Source: a plasmid. From it: a stretch of 64,000 nt of DNA. Below the pieces are notes generated by a model. That model had not been told where the DNA came from. It worked only from the letters and a program-made list of their open reading frames with translations, and did not search any database. The stretch is from sequence record NZ_CP085281.1; one strand, 5' to 3'. Both the position numbers and the translations under genes were made by a program. Positions 48,733 to 58,981 of the stretch are shown one piece after another (the first letter of the stretch is position 1; every line of letters starts with the position of its first letter).

Positions 48733-49618
48733 CCATTGCGGTACAGCCTTTTTCGCTGCCCGCGGCCCCTGCAGCCGTCACGCCGTCGAGGGCGTCCGAC
48801 AGGTCGGCGATCGCCTTGCGCGCAGCCTCCGCTGGATTCGCATAGCCCTCGGTGATGCGGTAAGCCACCCGCGCGAGGTTCCCGTGCGCGGTGACCATCC
48901 CGGCGATCTCGCGTAGCGCCTGCAAGCCGATCGCCCCATGCCGGGGCGGCTTGTCCGCGGAGTTCCAGTCGATCGGCGCGCCGCCCAGCGCCTCACGGAC
49001 GAGCGCGAGCTGGTGCTGCAGCTCGGTCACATCGGGCAGCTCGGCGATGCGCGCCGCCAGCGTCGCGGCGGCTTCCTTCTTGGCCTCCTGCTGAGCTTTG
49101 GCCCGCGCGGCCGCCGCCTCGGCGTCCACGGCTTCAGCACGCAGGGTGTCGTAGCGGGCGAACACCGACCGCACCGCATCCCAGGACGGCTGGTGATCGG
49201 CCTTGGCCACCGCGGGGTGATGCACGTTCATCCGGGTCACCGAGCGGCCCGGCGACATCAGACCCCACCCGGTGGGCAGCTCCCCGTCGCGCACGATGGC
49301 GGGGTCGGAGACGACCAACCACCACTGGTGGCACTCGTCGGCCCATGCATCGGCTTTGCCGTTCTTGCGACCCATCTCGGCCACCCAGTCCGAGCGCGAC
49401 ACCTTGATTTCGTGGCCAATCATCTGACGCCCGCTGGTGGTGGTGAACCCCACGTACACGGCGTCACACCGGCGCCCTGCCCCGTACCCGCCATTCATCC
49501 CGACCTCGGGGACGAAGATCCCGCCCGGCAGGCGCCGGGACGGCTCGATGTAGTGGCGACGGAGCCGACCCAGCAGGTCGGTAGCCGTCATCGTCGAGGT
49601 GTCGCGCGTCGCGGTCAT
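48713..49618 (-). CDS. Hypothetical protein with a PD-(D/E)xK-like N-terminal motif (MmcB-like?).
   Basis: …RRCDAVYVGFTTTSGRQMIGHEIKVSRSDW… (D…E-x-K spacing). Ala/coiled-coil-rich C-terminus. Confidence 0.5.
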   Translation of the reverse strand: MTATRDTSTMTATDLLGRLRRHYIEPSRRLPGGIFVPEVGMNGGYGAGRRCDAVYVGFTTTSGRQMIGHEIKVSRSDWVAEMGRKNGKADAWADECHQWWLVVSDPAIVRDGELPTGWGLMSPGRSVTRMNVHHPAVAKADHQPSWDAVRSVFARYDTLRAEAVDAEAAAARAKAQQEAKKEAAATLAARIAELPDVTELQHQLALVREALGGAPIDWNSADKPPRHGAIGLQALREIAGMVTAHGNLARVAYRITEGYANPAEAARKAIADLSDALDGVTAAGAAGSEKGCTAMDVSQSA

Positions 49619-49625
49619 CGCGGCC

Positions 49626-50012
49626 CTACTTCACGTCGGTCACGACGATCGGGAGCCAGTTGCGCACCGACACCGACCATTTGCCCTCCTGGACGAGGTC
49701 GGCCAGCTCCTGGCACTGCTCGTCGGTGGTGACGTCCCAGCCTTGCCCGATCACATTGACCGGGCCGCGCACACCCGCACGCCAATCGAGCACGGAGTAC
49801 TCCAAGGCGCCGCGCCGCCGAAACGGCGCCTGTCGGGTGAGCACGACGACGTCCTGCCCGGCCACCGCCCGTATCGTCCACCACCCCCGCTCGGCGTCGA
49901 GCCTGACCCGCTGACCGACTGCCATGGCCACCGGCGTCATCGGCTCGACCTGGTAGTACCGGCGCTGCTGCGATCGTTCGGCATTGGTGAGCGTGTCCGT
50001 AGTGGTCATGAC
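49626..50012 (-). CDS. Hypothetical protein (~128 aa).
   Basis: MTTTDTLTNAERSQQRRYYQVEPMTPVAMAVGQRVRL…. Confidence 0.4.
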   Translation of the reverse strand, partial: VMTTTDTLTNAERSQQRRYYQVEPMTPVAMAVGQRVRLDAERGWWTIRAVAGQDVVVLTRQAPFRRRGALEYSVLDWRAGVRGPVNVIGQGWDVTTDEQCQELADLVQEGKWSVSVRNWLPIVVTDVK

Positions 50013-50584
50013 CGTGCCTCCTGAACTGTGGTGGATGCTCCTACCTGGTAAGTACCGCCGCGGGCGGGCGTTTCCGTCATTGCGGACGGATATTGATCCC
50101 AGGTCCACCCGTCCAGGACTCGCCCGGCGCGATGCTTGCCGACGCGGACAGCGATCGTGTCGCGGTCGAGTAGCACGGTGTTGGTGGTGCGCTCGCCCAC
50201 CTCCATCAGCCGCTCATGCCCGCCCCGCAGGGTGGTTGCCCCCGGCGCGGGCACGCGGATCACCGGCGAGCGCCGGCCTCCCAGGGGGTGGTCGTAGGCG
50301 CGCCCGAAGCGGAAGTCCTCGTCATCGGTGACCGCGACGGGCAGGTACTCACCGAATTGCTTGAAGTAGAACGCGATGCCTGCTTGCACGCATTCGTCGC
50401 GGATGCCGCGCACCCAGTCCGGATGCAGGGGGCGTGCCTGGGGGCCCGATTCGCCGCCGGCGATGACCCAGTGCAGCACCTCCCGCACGTTCAGACGTTG
50501 CCCGTCCCAGGTCGGATGATCTTGTGGTGGCGTCCATTTCCGCAGAGCCTGACGCAACGCGACGTATTCGAGCAACGGCTCCAT
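50006..50584 (-). pseudogene. C-terminal fragment of a Gp37/Gp68 (DUF5131) phage-family gene, separated from its N-terminal part by a ~7.5 kb insertion.
   Basis: …EPLLEYV…HWVIAGGESGPQARPLHPDWVRGIRDECVQAGIAFYFKQFGEY matches the family C-terminus. It continues exactly where the N-terminal fragment at 58116..58703 ends. Confidence 0.7.
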
Positions 50585-50638
50585 CGACAGGTAGCTTCTC
50601 CGAACTTCCCGAGTCGGGCTCGGGACGATGTTCTGGGT

Positions 50639-50900
50639 TCACGTACGCCCCGGAGGTTCCTCCGTGTGCCGGGCACCAGGGAGCCCAAGTGTGACAATCT
50701 TCTGCATTCTCTGCAGCTTCTGCTCGGCTGCCGCAATACTAATTGCAAGCCCTTCTATTTCACCGAGCCATCCTTGTGCCTTCGCTTCTTTTGTGCGCTC
50801 TTGGAGATTGTCGATTATTTCGATCAGTCGACTCTGCTGGGCTGGGTCCGGCTGAAGCATCGCGCAGCGGATGCAAGCTTCTCTGAACTTAGCTGGGGCA
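50639..50900 (-). pseudogene. C-terminal remnant (~80 aa) of a third large tyrosine recombinase.
   Basis: …CAATMNGSLSAPAKFREACIRCAMLQPDPAQQSRLIEIIDNLQERTKEAKAQGWLGEIEGLAISIAAAEQKL aligns with the C-termini of the two large recombinases (…CGRAFGTPCFHEHACVRCSLLRPDPAQRPRLEEIRSNLEDRIEEAKLHGWLGEVEGLQVSLAGVKDKL). Confidence 0.5.
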
Positions 50901-50913
50901 CTTAGCGATCCGT

Positions 50914-53217
50914 TCATCGTGGCCGCGCATTTGTTGGTAGGGAGGGGGTTCCGAGGTCGACCGCGAGGCGACGGCTCGTGTCGATCTGAGTGAGTTTGTC
51001 TTTCACCCCGGCGAGGCTGACTTGGAGTCCCTCGACTTCGCCGAGCCAGCCGTGAAGTTTGGCCTCCTCGATTCGGTCCTCGAGGTTGCTGCGGATCTCT
51101 TCCAGGCGTGGTCGTTGCGCTGGGTCCGGCCGGAGAAGCGAACATCGGACGCAAGCGTGCTCGTGAAAACACGGCGTTCCAAACGCGCGGCCGCACGTCC
51201 CGACCGACACCTTGCGCTTCTCGAAGTGGGCGAGGAAGTCGTCCCACTCGTCCTCGGTCGGGGTCCGGTACTCCTCGCTGGGTCGGGTTGCCCGTCGGCG
51301 AGCGATGAACGCTCGGTGGGCTTCGATCGCTTCCATGGGGTAGACGGCTTTGTATCCCATGGTTGTGTCAATTGTCTTGTGCCCGCAGATGATTTGGGCG
51401 ATGTGCGGTGGTAGCCCGCTCATGATTGCGTCGGTGACGAAGATCCTTCTGAAGTCGTGGGGCGAGAAAATCAGCGGTTCGCCGGTGGCGTCGGTGAGCC
51501 CGCTGGCGGCGAGTGCGTCGATGAGCAGTTTGCGGATCGCACTGGGTGTGAAGGGGCGGTGCTCGTTGCCGATGGCGCGTTGGAACAGCAGCGGCATCGG
51601 CGGGTTCCAGACTCGCTCTCGGGTGTCGTAGGACGGCACCAGGGGTATCGCACCGCTTGGTGCGCGGAGGCGGGTGATGATGGCGCTGAGCACGTCGGCG
51701 AGTTCGGGGCTGACGAGCAGCAGGCGTTCGGTGTCGGTCTTGGAGGGGGCGATCTGCAGCAGCGGCACCACTTCGCCGCTGGAGGGCAGGCGGTATTCGG
51801 TGATGCTGTGGTGGCTGAGTTCAAGCAGTTCCTCACAGCGGATGCCGGTCAGTCGCAATACTTCAATCGTCGCGAACGCCCAGAACGCCTCGTCGTCCTC
51901 GTAGGACAGGTTGCGCCGTTTGCCCGTGGCCGTGTCGTCGGCCCAGACGTGGCGGCCTATGGCTTTGGGGACGTGCGCTTTCCGTAATTTGGCGTCGGTG
52001 CCGGGGATCAGGGTTCCAGACACCGTCTGGTCAGCGGCCTGCAAGAACTGTTGTGCGGTGCGGCGGCGCTCGTTCGCGGTGCGCACCAGCACCGGCAGCA
52101 CAGGCAGTCGTTCGCGGGTGCGCTGGTCCATCCGAGCCTTGCGGTGTTTGCGTTCCTTGGCTCGTCGGATCTCGGCGTCGCCAATCGGGCAGGGAGCCGC
52201 CCACCGGGCCCATCGGGCGGGATCGTCGACGGCCCATTGAGCGATGTCGAGGTAGAACGCTCGCACCCGGAGTAGTTCGTCTTTGGCGTTGAGTCGCGGG
52301 GTTGCGACCTCGATCTGCTCACCGGCGGCGTTGGTGATCGTTCGCTTCTTGGTGGCCAGGTCGTCCTTCCAGGTCCGGATGACGTCCTGGGGCAGCTGCA
52401 GGGTGTCGATGCCCGGTGCGATGGCTTCGATGCGGGCCCAGAACAGCCCGGCCAGGCTGCGGGAGATCGCGTCGATGCTGGCGAAGTCCAGCGACGGCTG
52501 ACGTTCCCGCAGGTAGTCGACAAGCAGGTCGCGAATGGGTCGGCAACGCAACGGATATCGATCCACTAATTCTTCGATCGTGAGTCGCCCGGTGGCTTGC
52601 CCGAATGCGCGAATCGTGTGCGGCGCATCGTCGGGGAAGATGCCAATCGCACGCAGGCGTAGGTAGAAGTCGACCTTCTTTTGTCCGCCGCGAGCGTGTA
52701 CCTGGCGCAGGGTGTCGACCAGTTCGACACAGTCGCCGACAGTGATGTCGGCGACACGTCCGCCCTTGCACGCGAGGATGGTCGCGATCCTGGTCGCCGC
52801 GACCCGCGCGTCGACGGCGGAGCTGGCCGGTTGGGTCTCGGCGAGTCGCCGCAGCTGGGCGAACCCTTGCGGGTCTCTGATGTGCGCCATCGCACCGGCC
52901 AGCCGGGCGTGGGTGCGGGTAAGCATCCACGGCACACCCGGACGGATGACGTCGCCGCAGATCAACACGAGCAGGCCCGAGGCCAGATCGTCGACGTCGT
53001 ACGACGCGTCCTGACCGCGCTCCTGCAGCCACCTCAGTGAGAGCCCGGTCCAGGTCTTGCCGGGATGCTGCTCGACGCCACTGAGTTCCCAACGCTGTTG
53101 CCAGGTGTCGCCCGGAAACGTCGCCAGCCAGTCCAGCAGCTTGGTCACACCGCGTCGTCGACCCGCCTGGGTCCCCTTGACATCCGAGGTAAACAATCCG
53201 GAGGTCAGCCTGACCAT
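50914..53217 (-). CDS. Large tyrosine recombinase (second copy, TnpB-like).
   Basis: Catalytic region …FSPHDFRRIFVTDAI…GHKTIDTTMGY…. C-terminal Cys4/His cluster. Probable ATG at 53217; the 990-aa listed ORF is over-extended. Confidence 0.75.
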   Translation of the reverse strand: MVRLTSGLFTSDVKGTQAGRRRGVTKLLDWLATFPGDTWQQRWELSGVEQHPGKTWTGLSLRWLQERGQDASYDVDDLASGLLVLICGDVIRPGVPWMLTRTHARLAGAMAHIRDPQGFAQLRRLAETQPASSAVDARVAATRIATILACKGGRVADITVGDCVELVDTLRQVHARGGQKKVDFYLRLRAIGIFPDDAPHTIRAFGQATGRLTIEELVDRYPLRCRPIRDLLVDYLRERQPSLDFASIDAISRSLAGLFWARIEAIAPGIDTLQLPQDVIRTWKDDLATKKRTITNAAGEQIEVATPRLNAKDELLRVRAFYLDIAQWAVDDPARWARWAAPCPIGDAEIRRAKERKHRKARMDQRTRERLPVLPVLVRTANERRRTAQQFLQAADQTVSGTLIPGTDAKLRKAHVPKAIGRHVWADDTATGKRRNLSYEDDEAFWAFATIEVLRLTGIRCEELLELSHHSITEYRLPSSGEVVPLLQIAPSKTDTERLLLVSPELADVLSAIITRLRAPSGAIPLVPSYDTRERVWNPPMPLLFQRAIGNEHRPFTPSAIRKLLIDALAASGLTDATGEPLIFSPHDFRRIFVTDAIMSGLPPHIAQIICGHKTIDTTMGYKAVYPMEAIEAHRAFIARRRATRPSEEYRTPTEDEWDDFLAHFEKRKVSVGTCGRAFGTPCFHEHACVRCSLLRPDPAQRPRLEEIRSNLEDRIEEAKLHGWLGEVEGLQVSLAGVKDKLTQIDTSRRLAVDLGTPSLPTNARPR

Positions 53218-53372
53218 GGTGTCCTGGGCGGTTCCGGCCGTGGCTGCCCCACAATGCTCGGGCTGACGGGCGGGGAACCGTTCGCGCAGCTGCTTGTTCC
53301 GCCCGCTGATCTGAGTCTTGGTCGCATTCGCCACGGCAAGTGGTTTGCGCGCAACGTGTTTGGCGATCGTGG

Positions 53373-54626
53373 TCACATCGACCTCCCGAACAGGACGCTC
53401 AGCGACTGCGGGTCGTAGCCCGGCGCCGGCGGCGGTGGAACCGGATCTTCGCGCCGCGCCGCTTGCCGCGCGTGGTGAGCCAGCACACTCGCTACGACCT
53501 CCTCTTTGGAGGGCGTCAAATACAACTCGGTGGTGGTCAAGTGGGCGTGGCCCATCACCCACTGCACGTCGCTCAACGTCATCTGCGGATCCCGCGCCAT
53601 CCGCATCGCGGCGCTGTGCCGCAGGTCGTGCAACGTCCAATCCGAGCCCAGGCAGGCATTGGCCCGCTCGAACATCCTGTGCGCGGCGTGATAGGTCAGC
53701 GGACGGTGTGGTCGGCGTAGTGTCCACCACAGCGGCCGGGTCCGGCCACGCGGCAACTTGGCCTGCAGGTCTTGCTGATACAGGCGGAGCCACACAAATG
53801 CGTCCGCCGCCGCGGGCAGTTGCTGTATGGCGCGGGAACCCTTGCGCACCACGGTGATCAGTTGTTGGCCTGGGTCGACATCGCACTGGCGAACCCCCAG
53901 CAGCTCGGACGCGCGGGCTCCCGTTGAGATCCAGAATGCAACCATTGCTCGGTCCCGATTCGACGGCAGCGCGGTGAACAGCGTGTTGAACCGATCGTCG
54001 GGTATCGCCCGCGGAATCCGCTGCGGCATTTTGGGGCGATAGCGCCCTACACGGTCGTGCTTCCAGGCCTCCATCGGGTTGTGGTGGGCATTCGCCCGCT
54101 CCGACCGACGTGCGATATCGAGGGGAAACGGATTCAAGATCGGTCCGGCACCGAGGTCACGCTGGAAGTCGTAGAAGCCGCGTAGCACCGTCTCGCTGTG
54201 AGCGATCGTCGCCGGGGCATACCCGGGGCCGAGGGCGGCCTTGCCCGTTACGGGGTTCGGCGGCCCAACCGACTCCACGGTTGCAACCACTTGGTCCGAC
54301 GATGGCCTTCTCCGGTGTTTGACCGTCAGCTGAATCCAACAGCTGAAATCGCGCGCTTCGATCCGCGTCGCGCGGCGCCAATCGACATCGACCGCGCCGA
54401 GGAATCTCCACCACCGCAGCAAGTCCATGCCGTAGGAACGCAGCGTCGCTGGAGAACGCCCAGCCGCGAGCAGCTCCCGTAGAAACGCGGCCACTGATTC
54501 CACGACGGCGCCCTCGGCGTCGATCAACCGGTAAGGCTCACCCAGATCGCCGGTTGAGGCGAGCTCCCCACAGCGAGAAACAACAAGACGGGCTACATCC
54601 CTGGTTTGTACTGGCTCTTGGTTCAT
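53373..54626 (-). CDS. Tyrosine recombinase (second copy, TnpA-like).
   Basis: R…HxxR…Y motifs (LHDLRHSAAMRMA, MGHAHLTTTELY). Paralog of 56830..58056. Confidence 0.85.
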   Translation of the reverse strand: MNQEPVQTRDVARLVVSRCGELASTGDLGEPYRLIDAEGAVVESVAAFLRELLAAGRSPATLRSYGMDLLRWWRFLGAVDVDWRRATRIEARDFSCWIQLTVKHRRRPSSDQVVATVESVGPPNPVTGKAALGPGYAPATIAHSETVLRGFYDFQRDLGAGPILNPFPLDIARRSERANAHHNPMEAWKHDRVGRYRPKMPQRIPRAIPDDRFNTLFTALPSNRDRAMVAFWISTGARASELLGVRQCDVDPGQQLITVVRKGSRAIQQLPAAADAFVWLRLYQQDLQAKLPRGRTRPLWWTLRRPHRPLTYHAAHRMFERANACLGSDWTLHDLRHSAAMRMARDPQMTLSDVQWVMGHAHLTTTELYLTPSKEEVVASVLAHHARQAARREDPVPPPPAPGYDPQSLSVLFGRSM

Positions 54627-54652
54627 GGCCGAAAGCTATCGGGGCCGGCGCA

Positions 54653-56751
54653 TTACGCCGCGCCACGCCACGCGGCTGGGCCAGTTAGTTCAGTCAACGG
54701 TGCGTGTTCGTGTGCGCAAGGAGTGCCGTAAGCGCGGCCGCAGACTCCCAATTCGACTTTCCTCTTGGTGAAATGTTGATGGAATTCATCGAGTTCATCT
54801 TCGGTTGGCTCTCGATACTCTTCGGATGGCCGCATGGATCGTCTGCTCTCAACGAACTTGCGGTAGTGGTTAATGACGTCTTCTTGGTAAATCGCTGTGT
54901 AGCCCTGGGTTGTGTTGATGTTCTCGTGACCCATGAGCCTCGCGAGGATGTGCACGGGCAGCCCGCCCGCCAGCGCGTCTGTCGCAAACACTCGCCTGAA
55001 GTCATGCGGCGACACCTTCAGGGGCTGTCCCGCCGCGTCGGTCAGGCCGCTCTGCGTGATCGCGTTCGAGATCATCGTGGTCATGTGGCCGGCGGACATT
55101 ATTCGCCTCTGGGTCCCGTGAACACGCTGGAATAGATAGGGCAACGGCACCGTGGTCACTCGCTCGTAGGGGTCGTACCGTGGAACGCAGGGAACTTGGG
55201 CGCTGCCAGCCCGCACACGGTGGCGGACTTGAGCCAGGACGTGGGCCAGTTCGGGGGGCACCATCAAGATGCGTTCCTTGTCGGACTTCGATGGGGCGAT
55301 CTGTAGTAGCGGGATCACGCCTCCGTCTGGTAGCCGATAGGTGAAGAGGGCAGTCGCGGTGATCTCCGAAAGTTCCTCCAGCCGAACTCCGGTGTAGTAG
55401 AACGTGTTGACGACCGCCCACGTCCAGAACGCAAGATCCTCGGATCGATCGAGGTCAACGCGTTCACCGGTATCAACTTTCGTGGCCCAGGTTCGTCCGG
55501 TCGGCTTATAGGACCCCATACTGGCGGAGGTGAGTTCAGTTCGTTCGTAGACATTGCCATCGAAGGTGAACCGCTGTCCCGCTGAATGTCTCAGCGCCAA
55601 CGCTAAGAAGTCGCGCTGGGACTGGCGCTGCTCATCGACGGCGGCGAGCAACTTCGGCATCGCAGGCAAGATCTGCCGGGTCTTTTGCTGCAGTCGGGCC
55701 TGGACCTGGCGCTTGTGCTTAGCCGCTCCGCGTGTGTCATCACGCGTGAGGAAACACGGTGCAGCCCAATGAGCCCATTCTGCATCTTGGGTAGCCCAGT
55801 GCGCGATGTCGAGGTAGAACGCTCTGACCGCGATGAGCATTGGGTACGGATCCGTGCCGGCTGCATGGTTAGCCTGCTTCCACCGACGACCGACCTCTGC
55901 CGGCAGAGCGAAGGTCGTTAGCCCAGGATTCTCGTCCTGGATCACTCTCCAAAACCGTCCGCAGAGCTTGTAGGCAAGTGAGCGCAGCGTCACGTAGTCC
56001 GTCACTGCCGCCCGCTCGTGGAGGTACCGGACGAAGACGTCCCGTTGTGGTTGCGCGATCTCGTAGAAGTCAACCATCTCTTCAACGGTGTACTGCCCTC
56101 GGCGGGCGATCTGGCGCAGCGGAAGAGCGTCCGCTGGGATGGCTCCGTGCATCTGAAGCAGATCCCAGGCGTAGTCGACCCCGTCGTTCTTCCCCTTCGT
56201 GCGCAGAATCTCCTGGCGGTAGAACAGGACATCATCTGCCTTCAGGTCTCGAATAGCCTTGCCGGTAAACAGCATCATCCGCTCAATCGCTGTCACAGCC
56301 TGGTGGAATTGCCTTGAAGCGGTTCCTTTTTCATCGTCGAAAGTCTTGGCCTTCGTATAGAAGTCGGGATCCCTGAGCTTGCCGGCGACTGTCGGTGCTG
56401 TGTTGAGCCTCGCGAACCTGAGCCAGTAGTAGGACGGTCGGATCGCGTCGAGGATCAGCAGTACGCCCACAGCAATCTTGGATTCCTGGGACTGTGAGAC
56501 GGCGGACAGATGGCTCCACGGATCTCCCAATCGCTGCATCCAGTCGGCGCCCTCCTCGTCACAGCCGGCATTAATCCACCGCTGCTGCCAAGAGTCTCCT
56601 TCGAAGGCCTGCAACGCAACGCAGAGTACGCGTAGCCCACGCTTCACCGTATCCGGGCGGGCCTTGTGAATCGGAAGCCGAAGAGCTTGCTCAGTTAGGC
56701 TGTCCACATCCAATCTGGTTGCAGGCCAGCTTGTGTCACGGCGAGGCGGCA
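54653..56751 (-). CDS. Large tyrosine recombinase (first copy, TnpB-like).
   Basis: …SPHDFRRVFATDAL…LMGHENINTTQGY…. Cys/His cluster at the C-terminus. Probable ATG at 56751. Confidence 0.75.
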
Positions 56752-56829
56752 TGACGGCGGCTCTCATACCCAGTGGTACGGGGGCCTGCGGAGCGACGGG
56801 CCCGATCGCGGGTGCGGCGCCAAGTCTCG

Positions 56830-58056
56830 TCACTGTGCACCGCCGAACAGCTCGTCCATGTCGGCCGCCGAGTAATCCGCGGCGAGGGTGGCCGAGATTG
56901 CGCTGTCGATCTGCGGGCCCGCAGCCATTCGCTCTCTGAGCCACTTGTAGTGGGTTTGGGCATGAGTGAAGACGTCGGCTTCTCTAGGCCGGAGGTACTT
57001 CTGGGTCGTTACGAGCGACGAATGCCCGAGAATCGTCTGAATATCGGTGAGGGTCATGTTCGGGTCCTCCTGCATCCGCATCGCTGCGGTGTGGCGCAAA
57101 TCGTGCAGCGACCAGTTGGCCCCGAGTGTGTCGTTGACGCGACGCAGGACTGCTCTCAACGCGTCGTATCCGAGTGGTCGATAGGGTTTGCGAATGGTCC
57201 ACCACGCCATCGACTCTGGTTGCGTCAGTTCCGTCGGCAGGGTCGCTTGGTAGAGGTTGAACCAGACAAAAGCGTCAGGCGATGCTGGGATACGCTGCAA
57301 CACGCGAGTGCCCTTCCTCAGGACCGTTATCGTCTGCTCGTCCCACCGCACCATCCCGTTAGTGAGGCCGAGCAGCTCAGCTGGCCGGGCAGCACTTGAT
57401 AGGTAGAAGGCGATCAGCGCACGGTCGCGATGAGACGAGAGGCCACGAAACACATTGTCTACGTCTGCGTCTGAGAGATGGCGTGGTGTCAGTGATGGGG
57501 CCTTCTGGCGGTAGTCGCCGCGCCGCTCCGTAGGGAGCAGGCGCATCGGGTTGTGGTGAGCTGCATAGCGGTCACCGTCGCGAGCCACCCTGGTCGGCAC
57601 TGGGTTCACCAACGGCCCCGTTCGTGCGTGCACGTGGAAGTCGTAGAACGCGGCCACCACCGAAAGGTTGTGATTGATGGTGGTGGGCGCGTAACCGTCG
57701 CCCGCGTACCGTTTTCCCGTCACCGAATTCACAGAGCCTGGAATGTGCTTCTTGGCGACGCGACGACGGTACTTGACGGCAACCTTCATCCACGCCACGA
57801 AATCTCGCACATCCTCGCGTGTGGCCGCCGCCCATGGACGATCGATATGCCAGAGAAAGCGAAACCAGCGGAGTAGCGCCTGGGAATACGACTTCGCGCT
57901 TGAATTGCTGTTATCGCGAATTGTGAAATCGAGCAGGAACTCACTGCAGCATTGAACCGCATCGCCGGAACCGTCGAGCACAATCCAGGAAGGGATCCCG
58001 CTCGGCTGAGCGATTATTCGACCAATCCTACAAATTTCGTATATCGGCATTGGCAA
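56830..58056 (-). CDS. Tyrosine recombinase (first copy, TnpA-like).
   Basis: LHDLRHTAAMRMQ, LGHSSLVTTQKY. Confidence 0.85.
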   Translation of the reverse strand: MPMPIYEICRIGRIIAQPSGIPSWIVLDGSGDAVQCCSEFLLDFTIRDNSNSSAKSYSQALLRWFRFLWHIDRPWAAATREDVRDFVAWMKVAVKYRRRVAKKHIPGSVNSVTGKRYAGDGYAPTTINHNLSVVAAFYDFHVHARTGPLVNPVPTRVARDGDRYAAHHNPMRLLPTERRGDYRQKAPSLTPRHLSDADVDNVFRGLSSHRDRALIAFYLSSAARPAELLGLTNGMVRWDEQTITVLRKGTRVLQRIPASPDAFVWFNLYQATLPTELTQPESMAWWTIRKPYRPLGYDALRAVLRRVNDTLGANWSLHDLRHTAAMRMQEDPNMTLTDIQTILGHSSLVTTQKYLRPREADVFTHAQTHYKWLRERMAAGPQIDSAISATLAADYSAADMDELFGGAQ

Positions 58057-58115
58057 TTGGTCCTTCCGTGCGGCGAGAGAAGCCGACTCCAGTCGACCAG
58101 CCTCAGGCCCCTTCG

Positions 58116-58703
58116 CTAAGCCGACACACCGGTAGTTCGGTCAACATGTCGAACGGCGGCCGGAGTGTCCAGCAGCGCCGGGATCCGCCTGTCGGCCCAG
58201 TACTGACTCTCCACGCTGACACCCAGCCACACGTTCGGCAGAAACCCCTGCAGTTGCCCGTGATTGGGCCAGTACTGCTCGCGTGACGGCCGCTGCGCCA
58301 TGACGTGCTCACCGAAATCGGTGACCGCCGCCCAGAACCGAGCACTCCTGAGCAGGGAGCGCATCCGACCGTGCCGCTTGGTCAACACCTGAAAGGTGTG
58401 GGTGGCGCAGCTCTGCATCACCGCGAACACGTGCGCGATGTACTCGTCGGGCACCTTCTCGTGGAACAAGTCACCGGTGGAACACACGAACACCTTGCGC
58501 GGCGCCCGCCAACGCATCGGCTGATCGAGCCGCTCCGGCCACAACGTGACATCAAACCCGTTGGGCCACGCCTTGGTTCCCGCAAATCGGCGAGCATTCC
58601 TGGCGGCGTAGCAGTTGTCGCATCCCGGCGAGATTGGGGTGCACCCGGTGACCACCGGCCACGTCGAATTGGTCCATTCGATCTTGCTGCGAGCCCCCAT
58701 CAC
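58116..58703 (-). pseudogene. N-terminal fragment of the Gp37/Gp68 (DUF5131) gene.
   Basis: …SKIEWTNSTWPVVTGCTPISPGCDNCYAARNARRF… Authentic sequence ends at …PAAVRHV, followed by 8 insertion-derived codons and a stop. Confidence 0.7.
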
Positions 58704-58981
58704 AGCACCCCGTCATCGGGCCGCCACGTCTCGGGCTTGCCTTCAGCCTGCACCAGCGGGTAGGCCGGAACACACCCGCGGTTGCGTGCGTGACTCAGCG
58801 CGTCGACGACAGCCGCCTTCGGCAGCAGCCACCGTCGCGGCCCTTCCCAGCCGCAGCTGCACACGGCCTGGCGGCGCCGGCGCCCGGGCGCGGCCAGCAC
58901 GCCGACCACCGCTGCGCGCGGCGTGTCCGGATCTGTTGGCACCGGCCTCGTTTCGGTACGCACTGCGTCAACGTTGATCAT
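58700..58981 (-). CDS. Small hypothetical protein (~93 aa).
   Basis: MINVDAVRTETRPV…. Its stop overlaps the Gp37 start (ATGA). Weak call. Confidence 0.3.
   Translation of the reverse strand: MINVDAVRTETRPVPTDPDTPRAAVVGVLAAPGRRRRQAVCSCGWEGPRRWLLPKAAVVDALSHARNRGCVPAYPLVQAEGKPETWRPDDGVL

Larger units (their letters stand above)
50585..58140 (-). mobile_element. Composite insertion of tandem tyrosine-recombinase pairs (Tn554-like TnpA/TnpB architecture; hypothesis) interrupting the Gp37/Gp68 gene.
   Basis: Two consecutive small (408/417 aa) + large (~700/768 aa) tyrosine recombinase pairs, plus a 3' remnant of a third large recombinase. The host gene has matching broken ends at both sides. Confidence 0.6.

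Noticed and set aside
50914-53886. 990-aa ORF as a single protein.
   Set aside because: The first ~220 codons are Arg/Ala/Gly-rich and overlap the upstream recombinase gene out of frame. The real recombinase most likely starts at the ATG at 53217.
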